From: Bdellovibrionota bacterium
GTDB taxonomy: Bacteria; Bdellovibrionota_C; UBA2361; JBGSMV01
Direction of reading: 5' to 3'
Length of the DNA: 45,060 nucleotides
NCBI GenBank assembly: GCA_044356455.1
Contig: JBIKWF010000025.1
Coordinates: 1 to 45,060 of the forward strand
Below the pieces are notes generated by a model that saw nothing but the letters and a program-made list of their open reading frames with translations, was not told the DNA's origin and ran no database searches. Shown in pieces: positions 9,082-17,751 of the stretch (positions are counted from its first letter, which is position 1; every line of letters begins with the position of its first letter). The position numbers and the translations under genes are program-made.

Positions 9082-11115
9082 ATGGTAGCAAAAGACGCGC
9101 CCCCTTCGGATACTTCTCGTGCCTCTTCTGGCTCAGCTCAAGGAGGCAGAGCTCCCGGGGACATTGAATCTAGCCCTCGCGCATGCGCTTCATCCAAGGA
9201 AGCCATCCTTGACTCCCTGGATCTTCCCTCGGGACTTAGGACGCTCGACATCCCGCAGTTAAAACAAGTTTGCTCCGAGCTTCGAGATGAGCTGATTGAC
9301 TGCATATCGACTTCGGGTGGCCATTTTGCCTCTAGCCTTGGCGCCACCGAGATTACCGTCGCCTTGCACCATCTGTTTAATACCCCCAAAGATCGCCTAG
9401 TCTGGGACGTGGGCCATCAAGGCTACATCCATAAAATGCTTACTGGCCGCCGGCGCCTGATGCCCTCTATTCGAAAGAAAGATGGCATTTCTGGTTTTCT
9501 CAAGCGCAATGAATCGGAATACGACACCTTCGGTGCTGGCCATGCTGGTACAAGTATCTCTGCCGCGGTCGGTATGTGCGCAGCGCTCCAAAAGAGTGGC
9601 TCAGATGCCTATACCGTAGCAATTATCGGTGATGGATCCATGACCGCCGGGATGGCGTTTGAAGCCCTGAATCACGCCGGGGCCATGGGACTGAAGCGCT
9701 TTATTGTAGTGCTCAACGACAATGAAATGTCGATATCACCAAACGTAGGCGCCCTCAGCTGGCTGTTCTCCTCCGCAGTTACTTCCCGCACCTCTACTCA
9801 GCTTCGCGCCCGGTTTAAGAACCTTTTTCAAAAGGGCTACGTCCCAGAAGTCCTTTATAAGGCCCTCGACCGCGCAGAAGAAGTTACCCAAGGGTTTTTC
9901 TCAAGCGCTTCGATGCTCTTTGAAGCGTTTGGCTTTCGCTACATAGGGCCAGTTGACGGTCACAACGTTGAAGACCTCGTCTCCGCCCTGCAGCGCGCCA
10001 AGGACCAAGACGTGCCAGTACTCGTACACGCCTACACGGTTAAGGGCAAAGGCTATGAGCCTGCCGAGCAAGACCCCATCACGTGGCACGGAGTCGTTCC
10101 CTTTGACCGCTCTAAGGGCGAGTTTTTAGGCGCCTCAAGTGTGCCAGTAAAGAAGGCGCCGTCGTACACCAATGTTTTCGCCGAGACGATGATTTCCCTT
10201 GCGAAGAAAGATCCAAAAATCATGGCAATTACCGCAGCCATGGCTGGAGGAACGGGGCTCGACAAGTTCCAAAAGGCGCTTCCTGATCAATTTATCGACG
10301 TCGGAATCTGCGAACAGCACGCGGTTACGTTTGCTGCGGGCCTCGCTTGCGAAGGCTACAAACCTGTCTGCGCCATCTATTCAACGTTCCTGCAGCGCGC
10401 GTACGATCAAGTCGTGCATGATGTTTGCATCCAGCAGCTCCCAGTACTTTTCGCGATGGATCGCGGCGGGGTTGTCGGCAATGACGGAGAAACCCATCAG
10501 GGCGTATTTGATATCTCCTATTTGCGTTCGCTCCCTCATATCACCTTGATGTCGCCTAAGGACGAGAACGAACTTCAGCATATGCTGTACACCGGCCTTA
10601 CGCTTCATAGCCCAGTCGGTCTGCGCTATCCGCGCGGAAACGGCATCGGGGTTGCGATGGATCAAGAATTCAAAGCACTCGCTATCGGGAAGGGCGAAGT
10701 CCTTACCCGAGGCTCAGATGTGCTCTTCGTTTGTTATGGACCTCTTGTCTATAAGGCACTGCAAGTGGCAGAGAATCTGCGTACCCAGCACGGAATTTCG
10801 GCCACCGTTGTTAACGCGCGCTTTGCGAAACCGCTCGACGAGGAGCTACTCGCAAAGGAACTCCCCAATTACCCGCTTGTTTGCACGGTTGAAGACCATG
10901 CCATTCAAGGCGGATTTGGGTCAGCGATTCTTGAATTCATGAATGAAAGTGGAATTGTAACCCAGCGTCCGCTCGAGCGCTTTGGGATAGGCGACGAATA
11001 CGTTACCCACGGCACTCAAGAAGAGCAGTATGCGATGAACGGCTACGATAGCGCGTCGATGCTTGAGTGGGTTCTTAAGTGCCTCCCTCGCCAGACTCTG
11101 AGCGCTGCGGTATAA
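9082..11115 (+). CDS. dxs: 1-deoxy-D-xylulose-5-phosphate synthase
   Basis: GGHFASSLG, WDVGHQGY, GDGSMTAGMAFEALN (TPP binding), IYSTFLQRAYDQ, DRGGVVGNDGETHQG. Confidence 0.97.
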   Translation: MVAKDAPPSDTSRASSGSAQGGRAPGDIESSPRACASSKEAILDSLDLPSGLRTLDIPQLKQVCSELRDELIDCISTSGGHFASSLGATEITVALHHLFNTPKDRLVWDVGHQGYIHKMLTGRRRLMPSIRKKDGISGFLKRNESEYDTFGAGHAGTSISAAVGMCAALQKSGSDAYTVAIIGDGSMTAGMAFEALNHAGAMGLKRFIVVLNDNEMSISPNVGALSWLFSSAVTSRTSTQLRARFKNLFQKGYVPEVLYKALDRAEEVTQGFFSSASMLFEAFGFRYIGPVDGHNVEDLVSALQRAKDQDVPVLVHAYTVKGKGYEPAEQDPITWHGVVPFDRSKGEFLGASSVPVKKAPSYTNVFAETMISLAKKDPKIMAITAAMAGGTGLDKFQKALPDQFIDVGICEQHAVTFAAGLACEGYKPVCAIYSTFLQRAYDQVVHDVCIQQLPVLFAMDRGGVVGNDGETHQGVFDISYLRSLPHITLMSPKDENELQHMLYTGLTLHSPVGLRYPRGNGIGVAMDQEFKALAIGKGEVLTRGSDVLFVCYGPLVYKALQVAENLRTQHGISATVVNARFAKPLDEELLAKELPNYPLVCTVEDHAIQGGFGSAILEFMNESGIVTQRPLERFGIGDEYVTHGTQEEQYAMNGYDSASMLEWVLKCLPRQTLSAAV

Positions 11116-11150
11116 GAGTTCACTCGTGTTCTGTCTGATAAGTCCTCTAA

Positions 11151-11278
11151 GGGGCCTCTGAAACAGTCCACTCTGTGAACTCTGTGCCCTCTGTGGTTGA
11201 TTTAAATTCTTGAAAACCACAGAGGACACAGAGTTCACAGAGCGAAAAAATGAAATATCGAGGTTTTTCAGAGGATCC
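11151..11278. mobile_element. 128-bp MITE-like hairpin element, family A copy 2
   Basis: Ends GGGGCCTCTGAAA...TTTCAGAGGATCC, flanked by the non-palindromic direct repeat CTAA (11147-11150, 11279-11282). Inverted CTCTGTGNN arms. Confidence 0.85.
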
Positions 11279-11304
11279 CTAAAGAATTTCTCGATGAGAT
11301 CCTA

Positions 11305-12162
11305 ATGCGCATTTTTCTCATCATCGTTGCGTCGTTCTCCCTGACCCTAGGGGCTGGGAGCTTTCATGAAGCCTCGGCCTCTCCGGTGGGCATTAAGAGC
11401 CTAGCCCCCTCTGTTAATGTCAGCACGCAAAGTGAAACTGCGCTGGTCGTTACGTTTAAATTCCCCAAAAAACTAAGGGCCAACTCAGCCGTCCTCACCG
11501 TAGAACGCCGCCGAGACACGTCGAAGCTACCGTCTTATAAATTTACCCTGCAGAAGAAAGCTGCCTCATTTTCCTTTAGTGACAAGGCTCTTATTCCAGG
11601 CACGTACTCATATCGGGGAAGGATCCGCTTAGGCAAAGAAAACTCAAAGTGGAGCATTTTGCGAGTTGTCGCAATCGAAGACCCAGACTTTGAAGAGGGC
11701 ATGCCCACCCCGGCGCCGACCGCGACTCCGGGGGAAGAACTTCCACCGCCACAGAAGCCAGAGCTTCCTCAGGGTTATTCCGAGTGCGCGAATGCAGAAG
11801 AACGCGCGCTTGCGCTTACGTTGGTGAATGCAGAGCGCGCTGCTGAAGGCAAAGCGGCACTCGTGGATCACGAGTACCTCTACTTTGCCTCTGTAGCCCA
11901 CAGCATCATGATGGCAAATATTCAAGAACTCACCCACGATGGTTTTCTTGACGAAACCACACTTTACCAAGTTCCAGGCACAAGTTTTGGACAGAACATT
12001 GCAAGCGTCTTCCCCGATCCCGAGAAAGTTATTGGCGCCTGGATGACGAGCGAATCGCACCGCCAGAACATTCTTCGAAGCAGCTATTCCCGAATGGGAA
12101 TTGCGTGCATAGCCGATACGGCCGGCAAGAGATGGTGGACCCAAGTTTTTAGCGGCGGCTGA
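11305..12162 (+). CDS. Secreted CAP/SCP-domain protein with N-terminal beta-rich (Fn3-like) domain
   Basis: Signal peptide, PT-rich linker, then LVNAERA, HS..M, GQNIA and WMTSESHRQNIL..WWTQVF CAP motifs. Confidence 0.85.
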   Translation: MRIFLIIVASFSLTLGAGSFHEASASPVGIKSLAPSVNVSTQSETALVVTFKFPKKLRANSAVLTVERRRDTSKLPSYKFTLQKKAASFSFSDKALIPGTYSYRGRIRLGKENSKWSILRVVAIEDPDFEEGMPTPAPTATPGEELPPPQKPELPQGYSECANAEERALALTLVNAERAAEGKAALVDHEYLYFASVAHSIMMANIQELTHDGFLDETTLYQVPGTSFGQNIASVFPDPEKVIGAWMTSESHRQNILRSSYSRMGIACIADTAGKRWWTQVFSGG

Positions 12163-12205
12163 AAATAACGAAACTGCGCACCGCCAGGGCCCTATCCCAG
12201 GATAG

Positions 12206-12335
12206 GGAACCTCTGAAGAACTCTTCTCTGTGTACCTCCCTGTCCTCCGTAGTGAAACTTTCATCAAGAAATTCACCACGGAGGACACGGAGGTACAAAG
12301 AGGTGTATTAAGAATGGAGACTTCTCAGAGGTCCC
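12206..12335. mobile_element. 130-bp MITE-like hairpin element, family A copy 3
   Basis: Ends GGAACCTCTGAAG...TCTCAGAGGTCCC, co-linear with the 30822-30951 copy. The flanks ATAG/TTAA are not identical. Confidence 0.8.
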
Positions 12336-12599
12336 TTAAATGATACCACTCCTGCGAACCAGCTGCGCGCATAAACCTCTGCAGTGATTGGCTTTATTAG
12401 ATTCCCCCAACCTCCATTGCCACTAAGACAAGCATTCTTTACCGAGCGCATAACACTCAGGTGCTTGATTAGAAAGGCGGCTGCGGCGCCAGGGCATCTG
12501 TCCCTTAGGAATCTCTGTCACAAGAAGCTGTGGTGGAACAGTGGGACAGACTACCTACAGAGAGTAAGCCAGAAAGGCGCACTCCAAACGATATTGAAT

Positions 12600-14390
12600 A
12601 TGAGAATCATTTCGTCAAATCTTCCGGCCTCCTTGCTTGCGACTTCCTCTTCTCTCCTGACGCCCAAGGTGGTCGAGACAAATTCCATAACGCCAAAAGA
12701 GCTAGAATCCTCAGATGTCGCTATTGCCGCCGTTGTTGGGAAATTTTATCAGCTGCCAAAAAGTGTCGTAGCCTATATTAAAAAGCAGAATTTCCCCTGC
12801 GTGAAATCGCTTGAGGCCGTCCATAACGCTCTCGACGCGGTAACCGACGTGAGCGCAGCAGTAGAACTAGTAACGACCTACGCGGCTGAACTTTCTACCG
12901 GGAATGAACCGGCAGGTCACCATGCGCTAAGAGAGCACCTGGCAGAAAATGAGGCTCTTCGGATGCAAGCGCTAAGAGCGGGAAGCGGACAGGCTCTTCT
13001 TGATCCTCAGCCTGTATTTGCTGAGTGGGCACGAGCAATTGCAGAGCGAATAGTGACTAACCTTAGCCCCCTCGACCCAGAATTTGCTGCGCTTAGACTC
13101 GAACATCGCTGCCTAGCCTTGGCCTATCCTCTTTACGAATTGAATTGGAAGGTTATGGCTCAGGCGTTTCCTGAACTTAAACGTGGCACGTACCAAGACG
13201 ACGTACTGCGGTACTGTCTTGGTCGATGTGTTGAGCCAATTCTTAGCACCGTTGCCGAGCGCCTTGGCTGGATCCCCGAAAGCGCGAGGGATCTTGAGAG
13301 AATCGTAGACTTTATGAACGACCTAAAAACTCGGCCGAAACTTCTTGACGATAAAGTGCGGGAAGGGGACGCACCCATAAAATTTCAGGATCAAGTGGCA
13401 GATCTAGCTGCCCTGCGCTCTTTTTGCTCCCGCGCCCTGGGCCAACTTCCGCGCGAAGAAACCCTGACACGAATAAAATCCGCACTAAGCGCTGTTCCCT
13501 CACTTCCCGAAGTGCATGCTCCTTTTCGAGAGGAGTACCTTCCGGCGGCAAGAATCGCGGTAGTATTGGACCCTCAGAGCGAGACAGGTAGAATCTCCTT
13601 AGTTCAATTCGATGGGCATACTCGAAATGCCGCCGTGGTATGCGCTTCAGAAAATAACGATGGTAAGGTGGCACTTGATTATCTCTCCCTTTGCCGTGAT
13701 GGATCGCTTGGGAACTCTCCCTTAGGAGTTACATTCCCCGAGGCGAGCTCTGAACTCTACCGAGAGACGAGAAGATTGGCGCACCAGGCCTACGCCGCCG
13801 CGTACGCGTCCCTTGCTAAGGTATGGGAGACCTGCCCCGAGGCCATCACGCTATTTCAAGGGGAGCAGTTCATTTACGTCGCGGCCGCCGACGAGGACCA
13901 TATTGCAGTCTGGGCCCCAGAGCGGGTCGTATCGAACCTCCGCGAAATGATGCAGATTGCTGAAGCCGACTCAGAAGAATTGCTTGATCTTGCGCGCACG
14001 CTCTCTTCTAGTAACGGGGACTCCTATACAGTCATAACTATTGCCACCGGCAAATCTGAAGTTGAGGCAGAACTCTCTCCGCAGGCTCCACAGGTCGCCC
14101 GAGACGAGAAAGCGCTTCGCGCCGAGATACGTGACATTCTCGAAAGACAGGGCAGTCTGGAATTCGATGATCTTGTTGGAAAGCTAAGAAAATTTGGAGT
14201 GTGGCATCAAGCTGGAGGCAACGGAAGTCACGGGGCCCTCCTCTGTGAGCGTGAGGGCCGCATGAAATACACCACCTGTACGTCTATTCGCGAGGCAGAG
14301 GCACTTCCTCCCCGGATAATTTTTAACGTGGTGAAGGGGCTTGGAATTTCACTTGAAGAATTTCGCGACTGCTTGGTCGATAGCCGTTAG
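12600..14390 (+). CDS. Large hypothetical protein with C-terminal HicA-like domain
   Basis: Long ORF (the track starts it at 12384; ATG 12600 is more plausible). The last ~80 aa read LEFDDLVGKLRKFG...GNGSHGAL...IIFNVVKGLGISLEEF. Confidence 0.7.
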   Translation: MRIISSNLPASLLATSSSLLTPKVVETNSITPKELESSDVAIAAVVGKFYQLPKSVVAYIKKQNFPCVKSLEAVHNALDAVTDVSAAVELVTTYAAELSTGNEPAGHHALREHLAENEALRMQALRAGSGQALLDPQPVFAEWARAIAERIVTNLSPLDPEFAALRLEHRCLALAYPLYELNWKVMAQAFPELKRGTYQDDVLRYCLGRCVEPILSTVAERLGWIPESARDLERIVDFMNDLKTRPKLLDDKVREGDAPIKFQDQVADLAALRSFCSRALGQLPREETLTRIKSALSAVPSLPEVHAPFREEYLPAARIAVVLDPQSETGRISLVQFDGHTRNAAVVCASENNDGKVALDYLSLCRDGSLGNSPLGVTFPEASSELYRETRRLAHQAYAAAYASLAKVWETCPEAITLFQGEQFIYVAAADEDHIAVWAPERVVSNLREMMQIAEADSEELLDLARTLSSSNGDSYTVITIATGKSEVEAELSPQAPQVARDEKALRAEIRDILERQGSLEFDDLVGKLRKFGVWHQAGGNGSHGALLCEREGRMKYTTCTSIREAEALPPRIIFNVVKGLGISLEEFRDCLVDSR

Positions 14391-14430
14391 GGAATCCCTG
14401 AAAACCCCACAGAAGGCTCCTTTGAACCCG

Positions 14431-15747
14431 CTACATCACTTTCAGCAAAAAGTTTTCTGTATAGTCTGAAAGAGCCTTGGGCTCCCTAGTAGTAAGAGCG
14501 TTAATCCCCTTCCAAAACTCAGCAATTACTTGACCAACGACGAATCCGTAGTGGATTGAGAAGATCCCAAGACTTTCCTTGCGATCCGCGTCCCTATAAC
14601 GCTCCGGAAATTCGCGCTGCAGGACTTCATGCAGGGTGGCAGACCACTGGGCCTGCAGCTCGCTTTTTGAAAGCTCGGTGTGCTTACCATCCTGCACACT
14701 GCCCATCTGCGCCTGAATCAATTTAAGCATGAAACTCTTTACGTAGGACGGGGATGCGCGAAGAAGATCAGAACTACGAACCTCCCCGCCTACCTGGCCG
14801 GAATCTAGCATCTTGATGGGCGCCTGCGTTCCCTGCTCTACCTTTTGATACACCGCAAAAAGCCATCCATAACGCTGATCCGCCGCGGAGTGGTCAAAGG
14901 GAGTGTTCCACTTATCCTTCTCGCGCTCCTTTAAAAATACGAGCCTGAGACTTGGAAACGCTTCTCGAATCTCCCACCCAAACGTCGTGGGTTCATTGAT
15001 GGTGGGATGCTCATGAAGTTCGGTGAACAAGATAAAGTGCCCACCGGGCGCGAGGACGCGTGTAATCTCGGGGAGCACCGAGTGCACATTGTCTACGTGA
15101 TCAAGAGAGTTCAAAGAAGAAATGATATCAAAGGCGCCATCGGCAAAGGGCATACTCTCGGCCGGTGCATCCACGTACTTCATGCGGTCCTTGAGAGTCC
15201 CAAACTGAGTATACCCAAGCGCAAGCGGATCGAGTCCAACGAGGAGCCCTGGCTGCGGAATCCACTCTAAGGAGCCGCAAGGACCGCATCCAATATCTAA
15301 CACTCGCTTGCCCGCGAAGAACTCGTCGTCGAAGTTGAACACGTCTTTAAAAAGCCAAGGATATCGGCCTTTGCTAAAACCTCCCTCCTTCAAAAATTGC
15401 CCAACCCAAAAATCAAACTCGCTTACCAGCTTATCAATAGACTGCCCCTGCGCGACGTTTCCCGAAGGAGCGGAAAGACCCGTACCTTCAATGACAAGGC
15501 GCTCAGCAGAAGAGAGAGAGGGAACCCCAAACCGGCTCGAGTAGAGCTGCCCCTTTCCAGAGCAAAGAAGGGTATGGGGTGGGTCCTTCACAAGAGCGCC
15601 GCGTCCTGAGTAAACTTTGCCGGCACTAATGAGGGCGCTTACTTCACGCAGCGTCGAGGCCTCCGCTATGCGCAGGGCAGTGTGACTCTCCGGACAGCGC
15701 AGGATTGTAAGAAGGTCGGGATTTAGGCCAAAAATATCGTGCTGCAT
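14431..15747 (-). CDS. Class I SAM-dependent methyltransferase with N-terminal Trm112-like domain
   Basis: LLTILRCPESHTAL...LYSSRFGVPSL at the N-terminus; VLDIGCGP, AESMPFADGAFD, RVLAPGG. Confidence 0.8.
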   Translation of the reverse strand: MQHDIFGLNPDLLTILRCPESHTALRIAEASTLREVSALISAGKVYSGRGALVKDPPHTLLCSGKGQLYSSRFGVPSLSSAERLVIEGTGLSAPSGNVAQGQSIDKLVSEFDFWVGQFLKEGGFSKGRYPWLFKDVFNFDDEFFAGKRVLDIGCGPCGSLEWIPQPGLLVGLDPLALGYTQFGTLKDRMKYVDAPAESMPFADGAFDIISSLNSLDHVDNVHSVLPEITRVLAPGGHFILFTELHEHPTINEPTTFGWEIREAFPSLRLVFLKEREKDKWNTPFDHSAADQRYGWLFAVYQKVEQGTQAPIKMLDSGQVGGEVRSSDLLRASPSYVKSFMLKLIQAQMGSVQDGKHTELSKSELQAQWSATLHEVLQREFPERYRDADRKESLGIFSIHYGFVVGQVIAEFWKGINALTTREPKALSDYTENFLLKVM

Positions 15748-15793
15748 GGGAAGAGTCTCTCACCGTTCAAGGGATCGCAAAGATCAAGGAACC

Positions 15794-16327
15794 TTACCGT
15801 CCCCGAATCGCTCGAACTTTATCCTCTTCTATTTCATTGCGCTTCTGATCAATACCAAGCTGCTCTTGCTTTTGGTTAAGCGTCGTCAATTTCTCGGATT
15901 GCTCATTAAACGCAGCAAGACAATCACTATAGGGCTTAGAGCGATCTTCGCATGAACGTCTAAATCCATCGAGCTGCGCACTAGAAAGAGAGACTCCCCC
16001 TTTTCTCTTGTATTCATCGCTTTGTTTTCTGAGTTTTCTCACAAGCTCGGTTCGCGGAGCGAGCGGCTCAAGCGCCGTATTCGCAGAAGAGTTCTGATCA
16101 CTTGCAGGCTCGGCTGAAACTTCAGGAAGCAAGGTTCGAGCCGAGGGCTCACGAGAAACTTCCTTCAGCGTCTTCTGGGTCTCTCCTTCACACGGTCGGT
16201 TCGTCCATTTCCCGTCACACTGATAGATATCAGCATGCGCGGCGTTACTGCCTGCGGCGCCCATCAACGCAACGAGAAGACTTAGCAATCGAATCTTCAT
16301 AAGCATGCTCCCTCTGGTTCCGCTCAA
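15794..16327 (-). CDS. Exported DUF4124-like protein with coiled-coil tail
   Basis: Signal peptide ending AHA followed by DIYQCDGKWTNRPC. The true start is probably the MLMKIR ATG, which follows GGGAG. Confidence 0.65.
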   Translation of the reverse strand: MSGTRGSMLMKIRLLSLLVALMGAAGSNAAHADIYQCDGKWTNRPCEGETQKTLKEVSREPSARTLLPEVSAEPASDQNSSANTALEPLAPRTELVRKLRKQSDEYKRKGGVSLSSAQLDGFRRSCEDRSKPYSDCLAAFNEQSEKLTTLNQKQEQLGIDQKRNEIEEDKVRAIRGR

Positions 16328-16627
16328 TATCTAGCAAACCTCCCTGACGCCGGCACCGTAGATTTCTCGCATACGTAGGAAATTCTCGTAGTATTAGAGA
16401 GGACCCCTAGGAGCACCTCAAACCAGAACGCCCAAACAAGCGACGAAGTGTGTGGGAATACGACACGCCAAAGAGCTCCGATCTCCAGTGTCTTCAGCAC
16501 GTTAGAGCTGGCGTTCTTTTTGCTTTTAAGAATCTCAAGAATAACCCTGAAGCAAGACTAAGGTTAGTAAGGAATATTGGGAGCAGAGAACGCTGCGGGG
16601 AACTAATGGGTTTGTACTGGGAAGTAT

Positions 16628-17068
16628 ATGGAAAAGAAGTTTGGCGGAAATTTTTCTCTCGGACTCAAAAGCCTTGAGCTTCAAGTCGGGGCCTTATTGG
16701 AAGGCTGTGGCGGTGAGCATGCGAGTGCACTTCTTGACGCACTGAGCGATCTGAGTGGCCCGGAGCAAGAGCGCACCATTGGACTTTTCCTCAAAGTGAT
16801 ATCTCGCCTCAAGGCAAGCAACGTTCGCCTCCCGGAAGAGAGCGATGAGAGCCTTAAGGACTTTGAAGAAACTCTCTACAATGAACTCGTAAGTTCAATG
16901 AGTGAAGCAGCCAATGGCGAGAATATAACTCCCGTGGCACCACGTCGTAAATTTGCTGTGCTTGACGGCGGGAAAGATGCTCAGCCAAAGCCTCAAAGCA
17001 AAGGCACAATTGATTTCAACGAAGCCCGCCGCCGCAAGTCGGGGCGGATGGTAACTCTTTTAAACTAG
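16628..17068 (+). CDS. Hypothetical protein
   Basis: 146-aa ORF, helical and acidic, with short C-terminal motifs FAVLDGGK and IDFNEARRRK. Confidence 0.7.
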   Translation: MEKKFGGNFSLGLKSLELQVGALLEGCGGEHASALLDALSDLSGPEQERTIGLFLKVISRLKASNVRLPEESDESLKDFEETLYNELVSSMSEAANGENITPVAPRRKFAVLDGGKDAQPKPQSKGTIDFNEARRRKSGRMVTLLN

Positions 17069-17080
17069 CGGAAATCCGAC

Positions 17081-17147
17081 CTTCGTGTTCTCTGTGTTCT
17101 TAGTGGTTGTTTTGGGAACGACCACTAAGAACACAGAGAACACGAAG
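17081..17147. repeat. Naked 9-bp-periodic hairpin, family B copy 3
   Basis: Perfect 27-bp inverted repeat CTTCGTGTT-CTCTGTGTT-CTTAGTGGT / ACCACTAAG-AACACAGAG-AACACGAAG between convergent genes. Confidence 0.92.
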
Positions 17148-17169
17148 AGCATAAGCGCTCGCCTTCTCT

Positions 17170-17508
17170 TTATTTCTTCCCAAACTCGTTCAGCACATCC
17201 CGGCCGACAAAAAATCCGTAGACTGCCGCAACACCTCCGGCAACAAGCCCAAGAAAGGGATGCCCCGACTGAAACATTAAAATCGACACAGTGCCTCCAA
17301 GGGCACCATTAACGCACCTTCTCCACGTAGCGGCTGAGAGTCCGTTCGGAGTTTCGTTGCCCGATGGTGCTTCAAAGTCAAAACGCGCTCGAGGCGACTC
17401 CCGACCGCTCGTCGAAGGTGGAATCACGGGGCCGGGCGAATGCGCAGTTGAGGTTGGCCGCGGCGGAACCCGGCTGGTTTCTGTGCCTTTATCGCCAAAT
17501 GCCATCAT
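17170..17508 (-). CDS. Small hypothetical membrane protein
   Basis: GGAGGT ribosome-binding site, Pro/Ser-rich N-terminus, two Gly-rich hydrophobic segments. Confidence 0.7.
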   Translation of the reverse strand: MMAFGDKGTETSRVPPRPTSTAHSPGPVIPPSTSGRESPRARFDFEAPSGNETPNGLSAATWRRCVNGALGGTVSILMFQSGHPFLGLVAGGVAAVYGFFVGRDVLNEFGKK

Positions 17509-17598
17509 GGGGACCTCCTACGCTAATAGGAGAGTAGTAGACGCGGAAAGAGAAGGCGTAAGGCCTCCCTGCTTCATTTTGCGGAAAATCCTCTCTTA

Positions 17599-17680
17599 GA
17601 GAATAGGTAGCCCTTGGACACCCAATCTAGGTGTCCACCAGGAACCCCTATTTTCAGCCTTCAGCGCTAAAGCAGCTGAA
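17599..17680. repeat. Two intergenic stem-loops downstream of panC (possible terminator or REP-like site)
   Basis: TGGACACC (17615-17622) / GGTGTCCA (17630-17637) with an imperfect outer stem; TTCAGC...GCTGAA at 17660-17680. Confidence 0.4.
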
Positions 17681-17751
17681 ATACTATTCGAAATTCTTCG
17701 CTGCTGCTCTTTTGCCTGAAAAGACTGGGTGTCCTCGGAGCAGAAACCAAT

